The notes under the pieces were generated by a model. That model was given only the letters and a program-made list of their open reading frames with translations, ran no database searches and was not told where the DNA came from. The position numbers and the translations under genes are program-made. 64,000 bases of DNA, from contig CAVZRA010000004.1 of assembly GCA_963777645.1 (NCBI GenBank), positions 288,060 through 352,059 on the forward strand. The letters run 5' to 3'. Numbering within the stretch: position 1 is the stretch's first letter; each line of letters opens with the position of its first letter. Below, one piece after another: positions 1 through 9,491 of the stretch. Source of the DNA: an uncultured bacterium. Its GTDB lineage: Bacteria > Actinomycetota > Acidimicrobiia > Spongiisociales > UBA5794.

Positions 1-538
1 ACATTCGCGGGCGGCCCAGGTCAACAGGATTGCCCGTCTCCTCCAGCCGGCGGGCCAGGGCCGCCACCAGGGTTTCCATGCCTTCCCCGGTGACCGGGGA
101 TACCCGGACGACAGGCCAATCGGCAAGTGTCGTGCCTTCCACCTTCTCCATGATCTCCAGCTCGGTGAGATCCGCCGTGTCGGCGTCGGCTAGATCGATC
201 CGGGTGAGGGCAACCACTCCGTTGCCGATCCCGAGCAGATCGAGTACCGCAAGGTGTTCTTCGGATTGTGGCTTCCATCCCTCGTCGGCGGCCACGACGA
301 AAAGGGCCACATCGATGGCCCCCATCCCCGCAAGCATGTTCTTGATGAAGCGCTCGTGGCCCGGCACATCAACGAATCCGACGTCGAACCCACCGATCTG
401 TTGCCATGCGAAACCGAGATCGATGGTGAGACCGCGCTCTTTTTCCTCCGCCCAGCGGTCGGGGTCCCGGCCGGTCAGAGCCTCGATGAGTGTCGACTTC
501 CCGTGATCGACATGTCCGGCGGTAGCGATGATCGGCAT
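1..538 (-). CDS. selB: Selenocysteine-specific elongation factor SelB, N-terminal GTPase part; continues beyond the left edge
   Basis: Manual reverse translation from ATG at 538 gives MPIIATAGHVDHGKSTLIEALTGRDPDRWAEEKERGLTIDLGF...VDVPGHERF, with translational GTPase G1-G3 motifs. It starts 1 nt after the selA stop. It is not in the ORF track because it is truncated by the window edge. Confidence 0.85.
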   Translation of the reverse strand, partial: MPIIATAGHVDHGKSTLIEALTGRDPDRWAEEKERGLTIDLGFAWQQIGGFDVGFVDVPGHERFIKNMLAGMGAIDVALFVVAADEGWKPQSEEHLAVLDLLGIGNGVVALTRIDLADADTADLTELEIMEKVEGTTLADWPVVRVSPVTGEGMETLVAALARRLEETGNPVDLGRPRM

Positions 539-539
539 A

Positions 540-1865
540 TCAACCCAGGGTCGTGGCCAGGTGCATGTCGTCCTCGGGATCGACGGTCCGTAGGTCGATG
601 GTCAGGCGGCCGTCATGACGCCGCGCCAGTATCGGCGGTGTCGCCGCGAGCAACCGGGCGAAGAGCACATCGGCATTCCCGTTGAGCACGAGATTGGGGG
701 AGGGGATGGTCTCACCGGGCACCGAGCCCGCCCCGGGAACGGATTCGCCCCGAACGACGGCACCCTTCCCTGCCAGCTTGTCGAGGAGTGTCCGATGTCG
801 CAGCTCCAGCTCGTCGTATCCGAGCGCAACCATCGCCCAGAAGGGGATCTCGGCGCCGCGGTCGTCGGCATAGAGCTCGAGAGTACCGACCAGCGCCGCA
901 TGGGTGGGGCCATCGATGCGCAACGCTCGGGCGAGCGGGTGTTGAGACATCCGATCGATGAGGTCGGCCCTCCCCACCGCGATCCCCGCCTGGGGTCCGC
1001 CCAGCAACTTGTCGCCAGAGAAGAGAACGATATCGGCACCGGCAGCGAGTGTCTGGCGCGCCGCGGGCTCGTCTGCGAGCCAATGTGGCGGGCTCCCGGG
1101 CAGCCAGGGCACCGTGTCGTCCAGTAGTCCGCTACCGATATCGGCGATCAGAGGGACGTGGTTGCGCCGGGTCAGGGCGGCCAGTTCTGCGATGGGTGTC
1201 GATTCCGAGAAGCCTTCGACGCGGTAGTTGGACGGATGCACCTTGAGGATGGCCGCCGCCGATTTGATCTCGCGTTCGTAGTCGGCGAGCCGGGTCCTGT
1301 TGGTCGTGCCCACCTCGACCAGTAGGCAACCTGAGGCGGTCATCAATTCGGGAAGCCGAAAGGACCCGCCGATCTCAATCTCTTCGCCTCGTGAGACAAC
1401 CGCATGGCCATTCCCGGCGACGGCCGCCAGTGCCAGCAGCAGTGCCCCGGCGTTGTTGTTGACGACAAGCGCTGCCTCGGCTCCCGTGAGTGCGCACAGC
1501 AAATGCTTTCCGTAGGAGGCGCGACCTCCCCGCTCACCCGTGCTCACATCGAGCTCGACATTGCCGTAACTGGTTGCGGCGCTTCGTGCGACGTCGGCGG
1601 CCTGGGTGGGGAGGATCGCCCTACCCAGGTTGGTGTGCAGCAGTACACCGGTGGCATTGATGAGCCGCGTTGGCCTGCCTGTCGTGATCTGCGCAGCCGT
1701 TGCCAGTGCCGCGGCGACAACATCCGGCGCCCCGCCGTCACGGATCCCGGCGCGGGCGGTGTCTATCGCCTCCCGGGCGATGCAGATCGCCAGTTGACGG
1801 GGTAGCCCGGTCCCGGCCAATCGCGCAGCCAGGTCATCGACACGGGGAAGATCCTGCAAGTCCAT
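540..1865 (-). CDS. selA: L-seryl-tRNA(Sec) selenium transferase
   Basis: 441-aa ORF with SelA-like sequence (LINATGVLLHTNLGRA ... FSGDKLLGGPQAG, PLP-lysine region). It lies immediately upstream of selB on the same strand. Confidence 0.9.
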   Translation of the reverse strand: MDLQDLPRVDDLAARLAGTGLPRQLAICIAREAIDTARAGIRDGGAPDVVAAALATAAQITTGRPTRLINATGVLLHTNLGRAILPTQAADVARSAATSYGNVELDVSTGERGGRASYGKHLLCALTGAEAALVVNNNAGALLLALAAVAGNGHAVVSRGEEIEIGGSFRLPELMTASGCLLVEVGTTNRTRLADYEREIKSAAAILKVHPSNYRVEGFSESTPIAELAALTRRNHVPLIADIGSGLLDDTVPWLPGSPPHWLADEPAARQTLAAGADIVLFSGDKLLGGPQAGIAVGRADLIDRMSQHPLARALRIDGPTHAALVGTLELYADDRGAEIPFWAMVALGYDELELRHRTLLDKLAGKGAVVRGESVPGAGSVPGETIPSPNLVLNGNADVLFARLLAATPPILARRHDGRLTIDLRTVDPEDDMHLATTLG

Positions 1866-1891
1866 GTGCAGCAGAGCCTACCCACCCCGGT

Positions 1892-2281
1892 ATGCTCGAT
1901 GTAATGCGTCCAGCAACCATGCTCTTTCTTGCCTTTCTCATAGTCCCACCCGTTGAGATCGGGCTATTCATCGTTGTGGGTAGCCGGATCGGGATCTGGC
2001 CAACGGTGGGGATCGTCCTGCTGACTGCCTTCCTCGGCGCCAATATGGTGTCCCGTCAAGGTCGGGGGGTGATGGCCCGGCTCCGAGCTGAGTTTGCCTC
2101 CGGTCAATTCCCCGGGACGACCCTGGCTCACGGTGCCATGATCGTCATCTCAGGAGCCCTGCTTCTCACCCCGGGGTTCCTCACCGATCTCGTCGGCTTC
2201 TCGCTGCTCATCCCGCAGGTGCGCGAGGCCATCCGAAAATGGGCGGTGCGCCGTTGGTCCAATCGAATCACGGTGTTGTGA
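1892..2281 (+). CDS. fxsA: FxsA family membrane protein
   Basis: From the internal ATG at 1892: MLDVMRPATMLFLAFLIVPPVEIGLFIVVGSRIGIWPTVG...LLLTPGFLTDLVGFSLLIPQVR, a typical FxsA signature. The upstream part of the 193-aa ORF overlaps selA and looks non-coding. Confidence 0.75.
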   Translation: MLDVMRPATMLFLAFLIVPPVEIGLFIVVGSRIGIWPTVGIVLLTAFLGANMVSRQGRGVMARLRAEFASGQFPGTTLAHGAMIVISGALLLTPGFLTDLVGFSLLIPQVREAIRKWAVRRWSNRITVL

Positions 2282-3078
2282 GCGTCGCCCCCCGCCCCTC
2301 AGCGACGGTGTGCGTGCTTCATCAACGAGGTCAAGAGATCGAAGTGCTCATGGTGCGCCGCAGCGAGACCGCCAGGTTCATGGCGGGTGCCTGGGTCTTT
2401 CCCGGAGGTGCCGTCGAAGCCAAGGATCACGAGTCCGAGAATCTCCGCCTCATCGGTGACCTTTCCGAGGGGTCGACGATCGGGCCCTGGCTTGCTGCGG
2501 GATTCCGCGAAGTCGTTGAAGAGACCGGAGTGTGGCTCACCGACCCGCCCCGTGTTGAGCATGTTGGCTCCGATGGCGTCTATGCGGTGGCACGTCGAGA
2601 GAGCCGCACCTTCACAGGTGGGCGAGCCGCCTACTTCGCAAACTGGGTGACGCCCACCATGGTGCCGGTGCGCTTCGATGCTCGTTTCTTCATTGTTGCC
2701 ACCGACCGGAGGCTCGTCCCCGAGCCGGATGGGCGTGAGATCGATGCCGCGGAGTTCGTCGCACCGGGTGAAGCCTTGCGTCGAGCCGATTCCGGACAGT
2801 GGCTCGTACCGTTTCCGACGTTGCGTGTCCTGCATCAACTCCAAGAAATCGACAGTGTCGGAGCAGCCATTGCGGATTGGCAGCATCGCACCGTAGCGCG
2901 GATCGAGCCTCGGCTGGCAGTGCGCGAAGATGCAGCACTCGAGGTGGTGATGCCGGGTGAGCCCGGCTATGACGAACTTGTGGATACCGATCCGAATCCG
3001 GAAGCGCTGGCCCGGGTGTCCCGGGCAGCCGCCGGGCTAGGGATCCCGGTTGCGGAGGTAGCCGGTGACAAGGATTGA
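2278..3078 (+). CDS. NUDIX hydrolase
   Basis: Nudix box region FPGGAVE...GFREVVEETGVWL. The in-frame GTG at 2278 overlaps the FxsA stop (GTGA). The start at 2239 is an alternative. Confidence 0.75.
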   Translation: MSVAPRPSATVCVLHQRGQEIEVLMVRRSETARFMAGAWVFPGGAVEAKDHESENLRLIGDLSEGSTIGPWLAAGFREVVEETGVWLTDPPRVEHVGSDGVYAVARRESRTFTGGRAAYFANWVTPTMVPVRFDARFFIVATDRRLVPEPDGREIDAAEFVAPGEALRRADSGQWLVPFPTLRVLHQLQEIDSVGAAIADWQHRTVARIEPRLAVREDAALEVVMPGEPGYDELVDTDPNPEALARVSRAAAGLGIPVAEVAGDKD

Positions 3079-3853
3079 GCGGGTGTTGGCACCGAACCCC
3101 GGGCCGTTTACGGGTCCAGGTACTAACACGTATGTCATCGAATCGGCCGGTCAAGCCCTGATCGTCGACCCGGGCCCGGTTGTGGTCGAGCACCTGAGGG
3201 CTGTCCGGCTCGCACTCAATGGCTTGAGCCCGGTCGCGGTCTTGGTCACCCACACCCACCCGGACCATGCCCCTGCGGCAAACGGGCTCGCAAGAGAGCT
3301 CGACGTCCCGTCGCTCGGCTTTGCCCCGGGCCGTGACTTCGTCCCCAGTCGCAGGCTCGAAGACGGGGCCGAGATTGCCTTCGGGGACGAGCAGCTCATT
3401 GCAGTGCACACTCCGGGTCACACCTCGGATCATCTCTGTTTTCGACTTGGTGATCTGCTGTTCACAGGTGACCACATCATGGGTGGTTCGACGGTCATCA
3501 TCGAAGATGCAGCCGCCTACATGCATTCACTCGAGAAGGTGGCCGCACTGCATCCGGCCTGTCTCTACCCCGGTCACGGCCCCGAGCTTCCCGAGGCACA
3601 ACGGGTGATCACCGAGCTCATCGCACACCGGGTCGAGCGTGAGCAGCAGATTCTCGAGGCGATCGACAACGGGGCAACGACGATCGGTGACATTGTCGCT
3701 GCGGTCTACGTTGGGCTAGATCCGTCGCTCGGCCTAGCCGCAACCATGCAGGTGCATACCCAGCTGATCAAACTAAGGGACGAGGGTCGGGTATCTTTAG
3801 GCGGCGGTGGAGCCCATACGGCGACCGTCGTCAAGCGTGCGGAGAGACAGTGA
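3065..3853 (+). CDS. MBL-fold metallo-hydrolase
   Basis: THTHPDH metal-binding motif plus downstream HTPGHT; 262 aa; overlaps neighbouring genes. Confidence 0.8.
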   Translation: MTRIERVLAPNPGPFTGPGTNTYVIESAGQALIVDPGPVVVEHLRAVRLALNGLSPVAVLVTHTHPDHAPAANGLARELDVPSLGFAPGRDFVPSRRLEDGAEIAFGDEQLIAVHTPGHTSDHLCFRLGDLLFTGDHIMGGSTVIIEDAAAYMHSLEKVAALHPACLYPGHGPELPEAQRVITELIAHRVEREQQILEAIDNGATTIGDIVAAVYVGLDPSLGLAATMQVHTQLIKLRDEGRVSLGGGGAHTATVVKRAERQ

Positions 3854-4998
3854 ACACGATCAGCAAGCCAACACGATGGGCTTCGGCTGCCCGCTATTTG
3901 ACAGCGGCAGCCGTTTTTCTCGTCGCCATCGTACCGGCGTTTGCTGCCTCCGCCCGGCTTCAGATAACCCAGGAAGACATCGATGCGGCTGCGGCGCACC
4001 GACGGCAGGTGAGCACCGACCTGGAAGCTGCCACGATCGAATACGACACCGCCGTCAACCGTCTCTACGAGCTCCAGGACCTGATGGCTGCGCTCGGCAC
4101 GGACCTCTCCAATCTGGAGCGGGAACTCGCCGTCGCCCGTGTTGCCGCCCAGGAAATCGCCACCCAGAGCTACATGTTCGGCGACTCCGGTCAGTCAACG
4201 CTGTTCGACTCCGTGTCCATCGACGACATGAGCCTCCGCACCAGCTACCTCGATCGCCTCAGCCAGGAGGGAAGCGACGTCATCGCGAGGATGTTCGGGC
4301 TCCAGAACAACTACGAGGAACAGCAGCAGAGGTTGGCCAAGACGGTTGCGGAGCAGGAGGCAACCAATACCAAGCTGGAGGCAGCCGCCAACGAAATCAT
4401 GAGCAAACTCGAGGCCGCCGACAAGGAATACAACGACCTGGTCGCGGCCTACGAGAAGCAGGAGGCGGAGCGGCTGGCTCGGGAGGAAGCGGCTCGCAAA
4501 GCCGCTGCAGAAGCAGAGGCGCGCCGGCAGGCGGCGCTGCAGACAACGACCACGTCTCCACCTGCGTCAGGGTCGGTGGCGCCACCTATCACCGACGGGA
4601 TGACCTGTCCTGTCAATGGTGCGGTCACCTTCACCGACACCTGGGGAGCACCCCGTTCCGGCGGCCGTACTCACAAGGGCGTCGACATGATCGCGGCCAA
4701 AGGGACACCGCTCGTCGCCATCGAGTCGGGCAAGATCCGTAAGCTCGGCAACGGTGGGCTCGGGGGTATCACCGTTTGGATCACAGGCAACAGCGGCGAT
4801 CAGTACTACTACGCACACTTGAATGCATGGGCCGATGGGCTCAAGGCCGGGCAGTCGGTGTCGGTGGGCGATCTGGTCGGGTATGTCGGCAACACCGGGA
4901 ATGCCCGGTACACCGTCAGCCATTTGCACTTCGAGTATCACCCGGGCGGTGGCGCCGCAGCCAACCCGACCCCGCTCGTCACCAGCCTCTGTCGCTGA
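3850..4998 (+). CDS. M23 family metallopeptidase with N-terminal signal/TM and coiled-coil region
   Basis: C-terminal HKGVDMIAAKGTPLVA ... HLHFEYH motifs (LytM/M23). The N-terminal half is Ala/Glu-rich and coiled-coil-like. GTGA overlap with the upstream gene. Confidence 0.8.
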   Translation: MNTISKPTRWASAARYLTAAAVFLVAIVPAFAASARLQITQEDIDAAAAHRRQVSTDLEAATIEYDTAVNRLYELQDLMAALGTDLSNLERELAVARVAAQEIATQSYMFGDSGQSTLFDSVSIDDMSLRTSYLDRLSQEGSDVIARMFGLQNNYEEQQQRLAKTVAEQEATNTKLEAAANEIMSKLEAADKEYNDLVAAYEKQEAERLAREEAARKAAAEAEARRQAALQTTTTSPPASGSVAPPITDGMTCPVNGAVTFTDTWGAPRSGGRTHKGVDMIAAKGTPLVAIESGKIRKLGNGGLGGITVWITGNSGDQYYYAHLNAWADGLKAGQSVSVGDLVGYVGNTGNARYTVSHLHFEYHPGGGAAANPTPLVTSLCR

Positions 4999-5006
4999 GC
5001 ACGACC

Positions 5007-5057
5007 CATTTTGGCGTCGCTAACCGGAACATATTCCGTTTTGCGACGCCAAAGATG
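5007..5057. terminator. Long hairpin between convergent genes (probable bidirectional terminator)
   Basis: CATTTTGGCGTCGC (5007-5020) pairs with GCGACGCCAAAGATG (5043-5057). An inner CGGAA/TTCCG stem is also present. It lies between the M23 stop and the Mrp stop. Confidence 0.5.
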
Positions 5058-5062
5058 ATGGG

Positions 5063-6202
5063 TCAGCCCAGTTGGGCGAGTTGTTCGGCGACCAGGTTGA
5101 GGCGGGCTGAACAACTGTCGTCCTGGATCGGAGGCAGTAGCTCGCTGAGGGCTTTGGCGGCAGCGGTGATGGCAACGGCAGATGGCGAGTCCGGCTGGGC
5201 CTCGACCACCGGCTTGCCGGCATCGCCACCCTCGGCTACCCGGGGATCGATCGGCACCTGTCCCAGCAACTCGACGCCGAGGTCGTCTGCCAGCGCCTGA
5301 CCGCCACCTGAGCCAAAGAGCGGGTAGTGCTCACCGTCGGGGGCGGTGAAGCCCGACATGTTCTCGATTACTCCGATAACCGGCATGTGCGACCGCCTGG
5401 CCATGTCGGCGACTCTGGCGGCCACTTTCTGAGCAGCGAGCTGCGGTGTAGTCACCACCACCATTTCTGCCTGGGGTAACAGCCGGGCCAGTGCCATTTG
5501 CACATCACCTGTGCCCGGGGGCATGTCGAGTAGCAAATAGTCGAGGTCCTGGCTCCATGCCACGTCACGGAGGAACTGTTCGACGGCCTTGGAAAGCATC
5601 AAACCGCGCCACATCAGAGCCGTGTCCTCATCGTCGAGTAGCAGGCCTGTCGACACGACCTGGATACCGCGGCGGTCGATCGGGACGATTTTGCGGTCGG
5701 CTCCTGCCTCGAGACGCTGTCCACCCAAGCCAAGGATCCGCGGGATCGAGAATCCCCAGATGTCGGCATCGAGCAGGCCGACGTTGTGACCCTGCCCGGA
5801 CAGAGCGAGTGCCAGGTTGGCACTCAGCGATGATTTGCCGACACCTCCCTTGCCACTCGAGACCGCAACCACCCTGGTGTTGGGATGGACCATGGTCGGT
5901 TCTGCCTCATCTCGGGCTCGCATCCGGGCGCGATCCATCAAAGCGGAGCGTTCCTCCTGGCTCATCGCCCCGACTTCCATCGATACTTCCTGGACTCCCG
6001 GCACTGCCTTCAGTTTGCGCACGACTTCCTTTTCGATCTGGTCGCGCAGTGGACAGGCGGCGATGGTGAGTGCGACCTTCACCGTGACATGACCGCCGTC
6101 GATGCGGACGTCCTTGACCATTCCGAGATCGACGATGTCGGCACCCAACTCGGGGTCCATGACGCGCTGGAGCGCCGCTTCGATTTCCGTCATCTGAACC
6201 AT
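5063..6202 (-). CDS. Mrp/NBP35 (ApbC) family Fe-S cluster carrier ATPase
   Basis: N-terminal DUF59-like MTEIEAALQRVMDPELGADIVDLGMV, deviant Walker A VSSGKGGVGKSS, and DADIWG. I trimmed the 591-aa ORF to the ATG at 6202 or 6193, because the rest overlaps the divergent IscA gene. Confidence 0.85.
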   Translation of the reverse strand: MVQMTEIEAALQRVMDPELGADIVDLGMVKDVRIDGGHVTVKVALTIAACPLRDQIEKEVVRKLKAVPGVQEVSMEVGAMSQEERSALMDRARMRARDEAEPTMVHPNTRVVAVSSGKGGVGKSSLSANLALALSGQGHNVGLLDADIWGFSIPRILGLGGQRLEAGADRKIVPIDRRGIQVVSTGLLLDDEDTALMWRGLMLSKAVEQFLRDVAWSQDLDYLLLDMPPGTGDVQMALARLLPQAEMVVVTTPQLAAQKVAARVADMARRSHMPVIGVIENMSGFTAPDGEHYPLFGSGGGQALADDLGVELLGQVPIDPRVAEGGDAGKPVVEAQPDSPSAVAITAAAKALSELLPPIQDDSCSARLNLVAEQLAQLG

Positions 6203-6302
6203 GAGCAGAAGCGTAGACTGCCCACCGGGCACCAAATGACCTATCGTCGTAGTGTTTACTATGTAATACACTCGCACCTGCCAGCGACCTGTGGAGAGCA
6301 CC

Positions 6303-6659
6303 ATGATCACAAATGACGAGACAACCGCCCTCCAGGGCGTGACCCTCAGCAGCAGCGCTGCCGCCAAGGTCCAGGAGCTGATCCAGGCAGAAGGCGACGC
6401 GTCGCTGTCGCTGCGACTTGCAGTGCGCCCCGGTGGTTGCTCAGGCTTCTCGTACGACATGTACTTCGACTCAGCGATAGACGCCGCCGACATCGTCAAC
6501 GAGACCGACGGCGTGCGGGTAGTGGTCGACCCGGAGAGCGCCACCATGGTCAATGGCGCCACCATCGACTTTCGCGACAGCGGCCTACAGGGCTCCGGTT
6601 TCGCCATCAACAACCCCAACGAGCAGCGTTCTTGCGGCTGCGGCCAGTCTTTCTGTTGA
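6303..6659 (+). CDS. HesB/IscA family iron-sulfur cluster insertion protein
   Basis: GGCSGFSY and C-terminal CGCGQSF motifs. GGAGAG lies 6 nt upstream of the ATG at 6303. Divergent from Mrp. Confidence 0.85.
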   Translation: MITNDETTALQGVTLSSSAAAKVQELIQAEGDASLSLRLAVRPGGCSGFSYDMYFDSAIDAADIVNETDGVRVVVDPESATMVNGATIDFRDSGLQGSGFAINNPNEQRSCGCGQSFC

Positions 6660-6727
6660 TCGGGACCTCGACATCTCGAGTCACATAGGACTGCGGGGGG
6701 AAGCGTCGCACAGTTAGCCTTGCCGCC

Positions 6728-7465
6728 ATGGCGAAACGTGGCGGTTGTCTCAAGGTTGTTCTCGGTCTGATCTTCATACCCATGATCCTGGGTGGGGTCG
6801 CCCTGTTTGCCGCGAATCTGGGTCGGGTGCTCAGCCACGATGAGGTTGAGGGAGTTGTCGTCGACCTCGTCCCCAGTGTCGACTCGGACGGAGACACAAC
6901 ATTCGCACCCGTATACGAGTACGAGGTCGATGGACTCGTATACCGCTACCAGTCCAAGGTCAGCCTGGGCGGGGTGCTCGTTCCGAATCTCGGTGATACG
7001 AGGACCCTTCTCTATAACCCCGAGAACCCGAGCGATGCCAGGGTCAAGAGCACATTCACGCTGCTGGTGCTACCGGGTCTACTTATCGTGATCCCGCTGC
7101 TGATTCTCGTCGGCATCGTGCTGGGAATCACCCGGCGATCGAGCCGGGTGCCGGCAGGAAGCTCAGTGCCTCGAGCCCGGTCCGGCGGTGAGCCGCCGTG
7201 GCAACGGCCGGATGTTCCTGCGACCGAGAGCCGGGAAACCATCACCGCCATGTTCATGGGCACCGAGGCCTCGCCGATGGACGAGAAAGGGCTTATCCGC
7301 TATCGGGCGAGGGCCCGTGCCGAGATCGGTGACACCACCTACCGGTTCCTGAGCGATTGGCTCGACGAGGACCCGACCCTGGAACTGATGCAGCGAGAGA
7401 ACCTGGTCGAAGTGAGATTCGACCCGGGCGACCCCACCAACTACGAGGTCATCATCCCCCATTAG
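6728..7465 (+). CDS. DUF3592-like membrane protein with extra C-terminal domain
   Basis: TM helix, then GVVVDLVPSVDSDGDTTFAPVYEYEVDGLVYRYQS, then a second TM, which is the typical DUF3592 layout. The C-terminal roughly 100 aa are unassigned. Confidence 0.55.
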   Translation: MAKRGGCLKVVLGLIFIPMILGGVALFAANLGRVLSHDEVEGVVVDLVPSVDSDGDTTFAPVYEYEVDGLVYRYQSKVSLGGVLVPNLGDTRTLLYNPENPSDARVKSTFTLLVLPGLLIVIPLLILVGIVLGITRRSSRVPAGSSVPRARSGGEPPWQRPDVPATESRETITAMFMGTEASPMDEKGLIRYRARARAEIGDTTYRFLSDWLDEDPTLELMQRENLVEVRFDPGDPTNYEVIIPH

Positions 7466-7498
7466 CCTGGGCAGCACTAAAGGAACTGGAGGTTCACC

Positions 7499-7879
7499 AT
7501 GCCAAAGAAGATCCTGGCCGCTCCAAATGGTCCCAATCCCGTCGGCCCATACTCGGTGGTCACCGAAGCCAGCGGGCTTGTCTTCATCTCAGGACAAGGT
7601 CCCATGGACCCCGCATCGGGAACCATTGTCACGGGTGGAATCGACGCCGAAACAGAGCAGGTGATGAAGAACATCGGCGCCATCCTCAACGACGTGGGCC
7701 TCGGCTATGACGACATTGTCAAGACCACCATCTTCCTCACCGACATGGGCAATTTCCCGAGGGTCAACGCCGTATACGGCGAGTATGTCGGAGAGGCCAA
7801 ACCGGCTCGATCGACCGTCGAGGTCACCCGTCTCCCGCTCGGCATCAACGTCGAGATCGAGGTCATCGCAGCCCGATAG
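7499..7879 (+). CDS. ridA: RidA/YjgF family reactive-intermediate deaminase
   Basis: 126 aa; GPYSVVTEASGLVFISGQ ... ARSTVEVTRLPLGINVEIE, the typical RidA pattern; SD GGAGG upstream. Confidence 0.85.
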   Translation: MPKKILAAPNGPNPVGPYSVVTEASGLVFISGQGPMDPASGTIVTGGIDAETEQVMKNIGAILNDVGLGYDDIVKTTIFLTDMGNFPRVNAVYGEYVGEAKPARSTVEVTRLPLGINVEIEVIAAR

Positions 7880-7959
7880 TCCTGTCGCCGTGACCCGGGT
7901 CTGCTGTGGGCCACCGCCCTAGTAGCGTTCGGGGTACAGCACTTGGAGGAGGTCTCACC

Positions 7960-9474
7960 GTGAACCGCGACCAGATTCTGCGCTCGCTCGGACTGGACGA
8001 CGTCAACCCCGGCGCCTATGCCGCTGGTTGGATGGACACTGGTGGCGAGCTGCTCACCAGCTACGACCCGACGACCGGCGAGGCAATCGCATCGATCAGA
8101 CAAGCGACCGTCGACGACTACGAGAAGGTGGTCGCCAGCTCGGTGGGGGTGTTCAACGAGTGGCGGATGCTCCCCGCCCCGCAGCGAGGGCAATACGTCC
8201 GTCAACTCGGCAACGCCCTACGCCGGTACAAGGAGCCACTCGGTGCGCTGGTCTCGTACGAAATGGGCAAGATCAAGGCAGAGGGTGAAGGCGAGGTCCA
8301 GGAGATGATCGACATCGCCGACTTCGCCGTCGGTCTTTCCCGGCAGCTCTACGGCCTCACCATGACCTCCGAGCGGTCACGGCATCGCATGTACGAGCAA
8401 TGGCATCCGCTGGGCCCGGTAGGTCTCATCACTTCGTTCAACTTCCCGGTGGCGGTGTGGAGTTGGAACGCCTGCCTTGGTGCCGTCTGTGGTGACGCGA
8501 TGATCTGGAAGCCGTCGAGCTCTACCCCGCTGACAGCACTTGCGGTCACCCGGATTGCTGCGCAGGTCATGGAAGGCTCCGGCTTCGAAGGCGTCTTCAA
8601 CCTCGTTGTCGGCTCCGGTGCCTCCGTGGGCGACAACATGATCAACGACCGTAGGGTGCCGCTCATCTCGGCAACAGGATCATGCGGGATGGGTGAGAAG
8701 GTCGGCACTGCGGTTGCCAAACGGCTCGGGCGATCGCTCCTAGAGCTCGGCGGCAACAACGCCATCACCGTGATGGATGATGCAGATCCCGACCTGGTCA
8801 CCAGGGCCGCACTGTTTGCTGCGGTCGGCACTGCTGGCCAGCGTTGCACCTCCTTGCGCCGGCTGATCATGCAGCGGGGCATCTCGGACCAGGTGAGCAA
8901 GCGTCTGGTGGAGGCGTATTCCCGGGTCCCCATCGGTGACCCGCTCGAAGACGGCATCTTGATGGGACCGCTGATTGACCAGCGTGCCGTCGACAACTTC
9001 GCCGCCGCGGTCGGCATCGCTCAGGAACAGGGCGGTGAGATTCTCTCTGGTGGCAGCGTGCTCGATCGTGACGGCTACTTTGTCGAGCCGACACTGATCA
9101 AGATGCCCGCCGATGCCCAGATTCTCCAGGTCGAAACCTTCGCTCCGATCCTCTACATCATTGAGTTCGACGATCTCGCCGAGGCGATCGCTATCCAGAA
9201 CGGCGTCAAGCAAGGCCTGTCCTCTGCGATTTTCACCGACTCGATGAAGTCGGCCGAGCGGTTCCTTTCGCACGAGGGCTCCGACTGTGGTATTGCCAAC
9301 GTCAATATCGGCACATCCGGTGCCGAAATCGGTGGCGCTTTCGGCGGGGAGAAGGAGACCGGCGGCGGCCGGGAATCTGGCTCCGACGCCTGGAAGGCTT
9401 ACATGCGCCGCCAAACGGTAACCATCAACTGGAGCGACGAGCTGCCATTGGCCCAGGGCATCGAGTTCGGATAA
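7960..9474 (+). CDS. Aldehyde dehydrogenase, ALDH7/piperideine-6-carboxylate dehydrogenase-like
   Basis: ALDH motifs ELGGNNA and catalytic-Cys region GTAGQRCTSLRR. The GTG at 7960 is preceded by GGAGGA. The N-terminus VNRDQILRSLGLDDVNPGAY resembles the ALDH7 type. Confidence 0.8.
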   Translation: MNRDQILRSLGLDDVNPGAYAAGWMDTGGELLTSYDPTTGEAIASIRQATVDDYEKVVASSVGVFNEWRMLPAPQRGQYVRQLGNALRRYKEPLGALVSYEMGKIKAEGEGEVQEMIDIADFAVGLSRQLYGLTMTSERSRHRMYEQWHPLGPVGLITSFNFPVAVWSWNACLGAVCGDAMIWKPSSSTPLTALAVTRIAAQVMEGSGFEGVFNLVVGSGASVGDNMINDRRVPLISATGSCGMGEKVGTAVAKRLGRSLLELGGNNAITVMDDADPDLVTRAALFAAVGTAGQRCTSLRRLIMQRGISDQVSKRLVEAYSRVPIGDPLEDGILMGPLIDQRAVDNFAAAVGIAQEQGGEILSGGSVLDRDGYFVEPTLIKMPADAQILQVETFAPILYIIEFDDLAEAIAIQNGVKQGLSSAIFTDSMKSAERFLSHEGSDCGIANVNIGTSGAEIGGAFGGEKETGGGRESGSDAWKAYMRRQTVTINWSDELPLAQGIEFG

Positions 9475-9491
9475 TGGAGGCCGGGGGGAGG

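Noticed and set aside
5063-6838. 591-aa version of the Mrp ORF, and the 416-aa version of the PhoU-like ORF at 41807-43057.
   Set aside because: The N-terminal extensions run through the divergent IscA gene and through the Na/Pi transporter gene respectively, and have no homology. Internal ATGs with SD sequences give proteins of normal family length.
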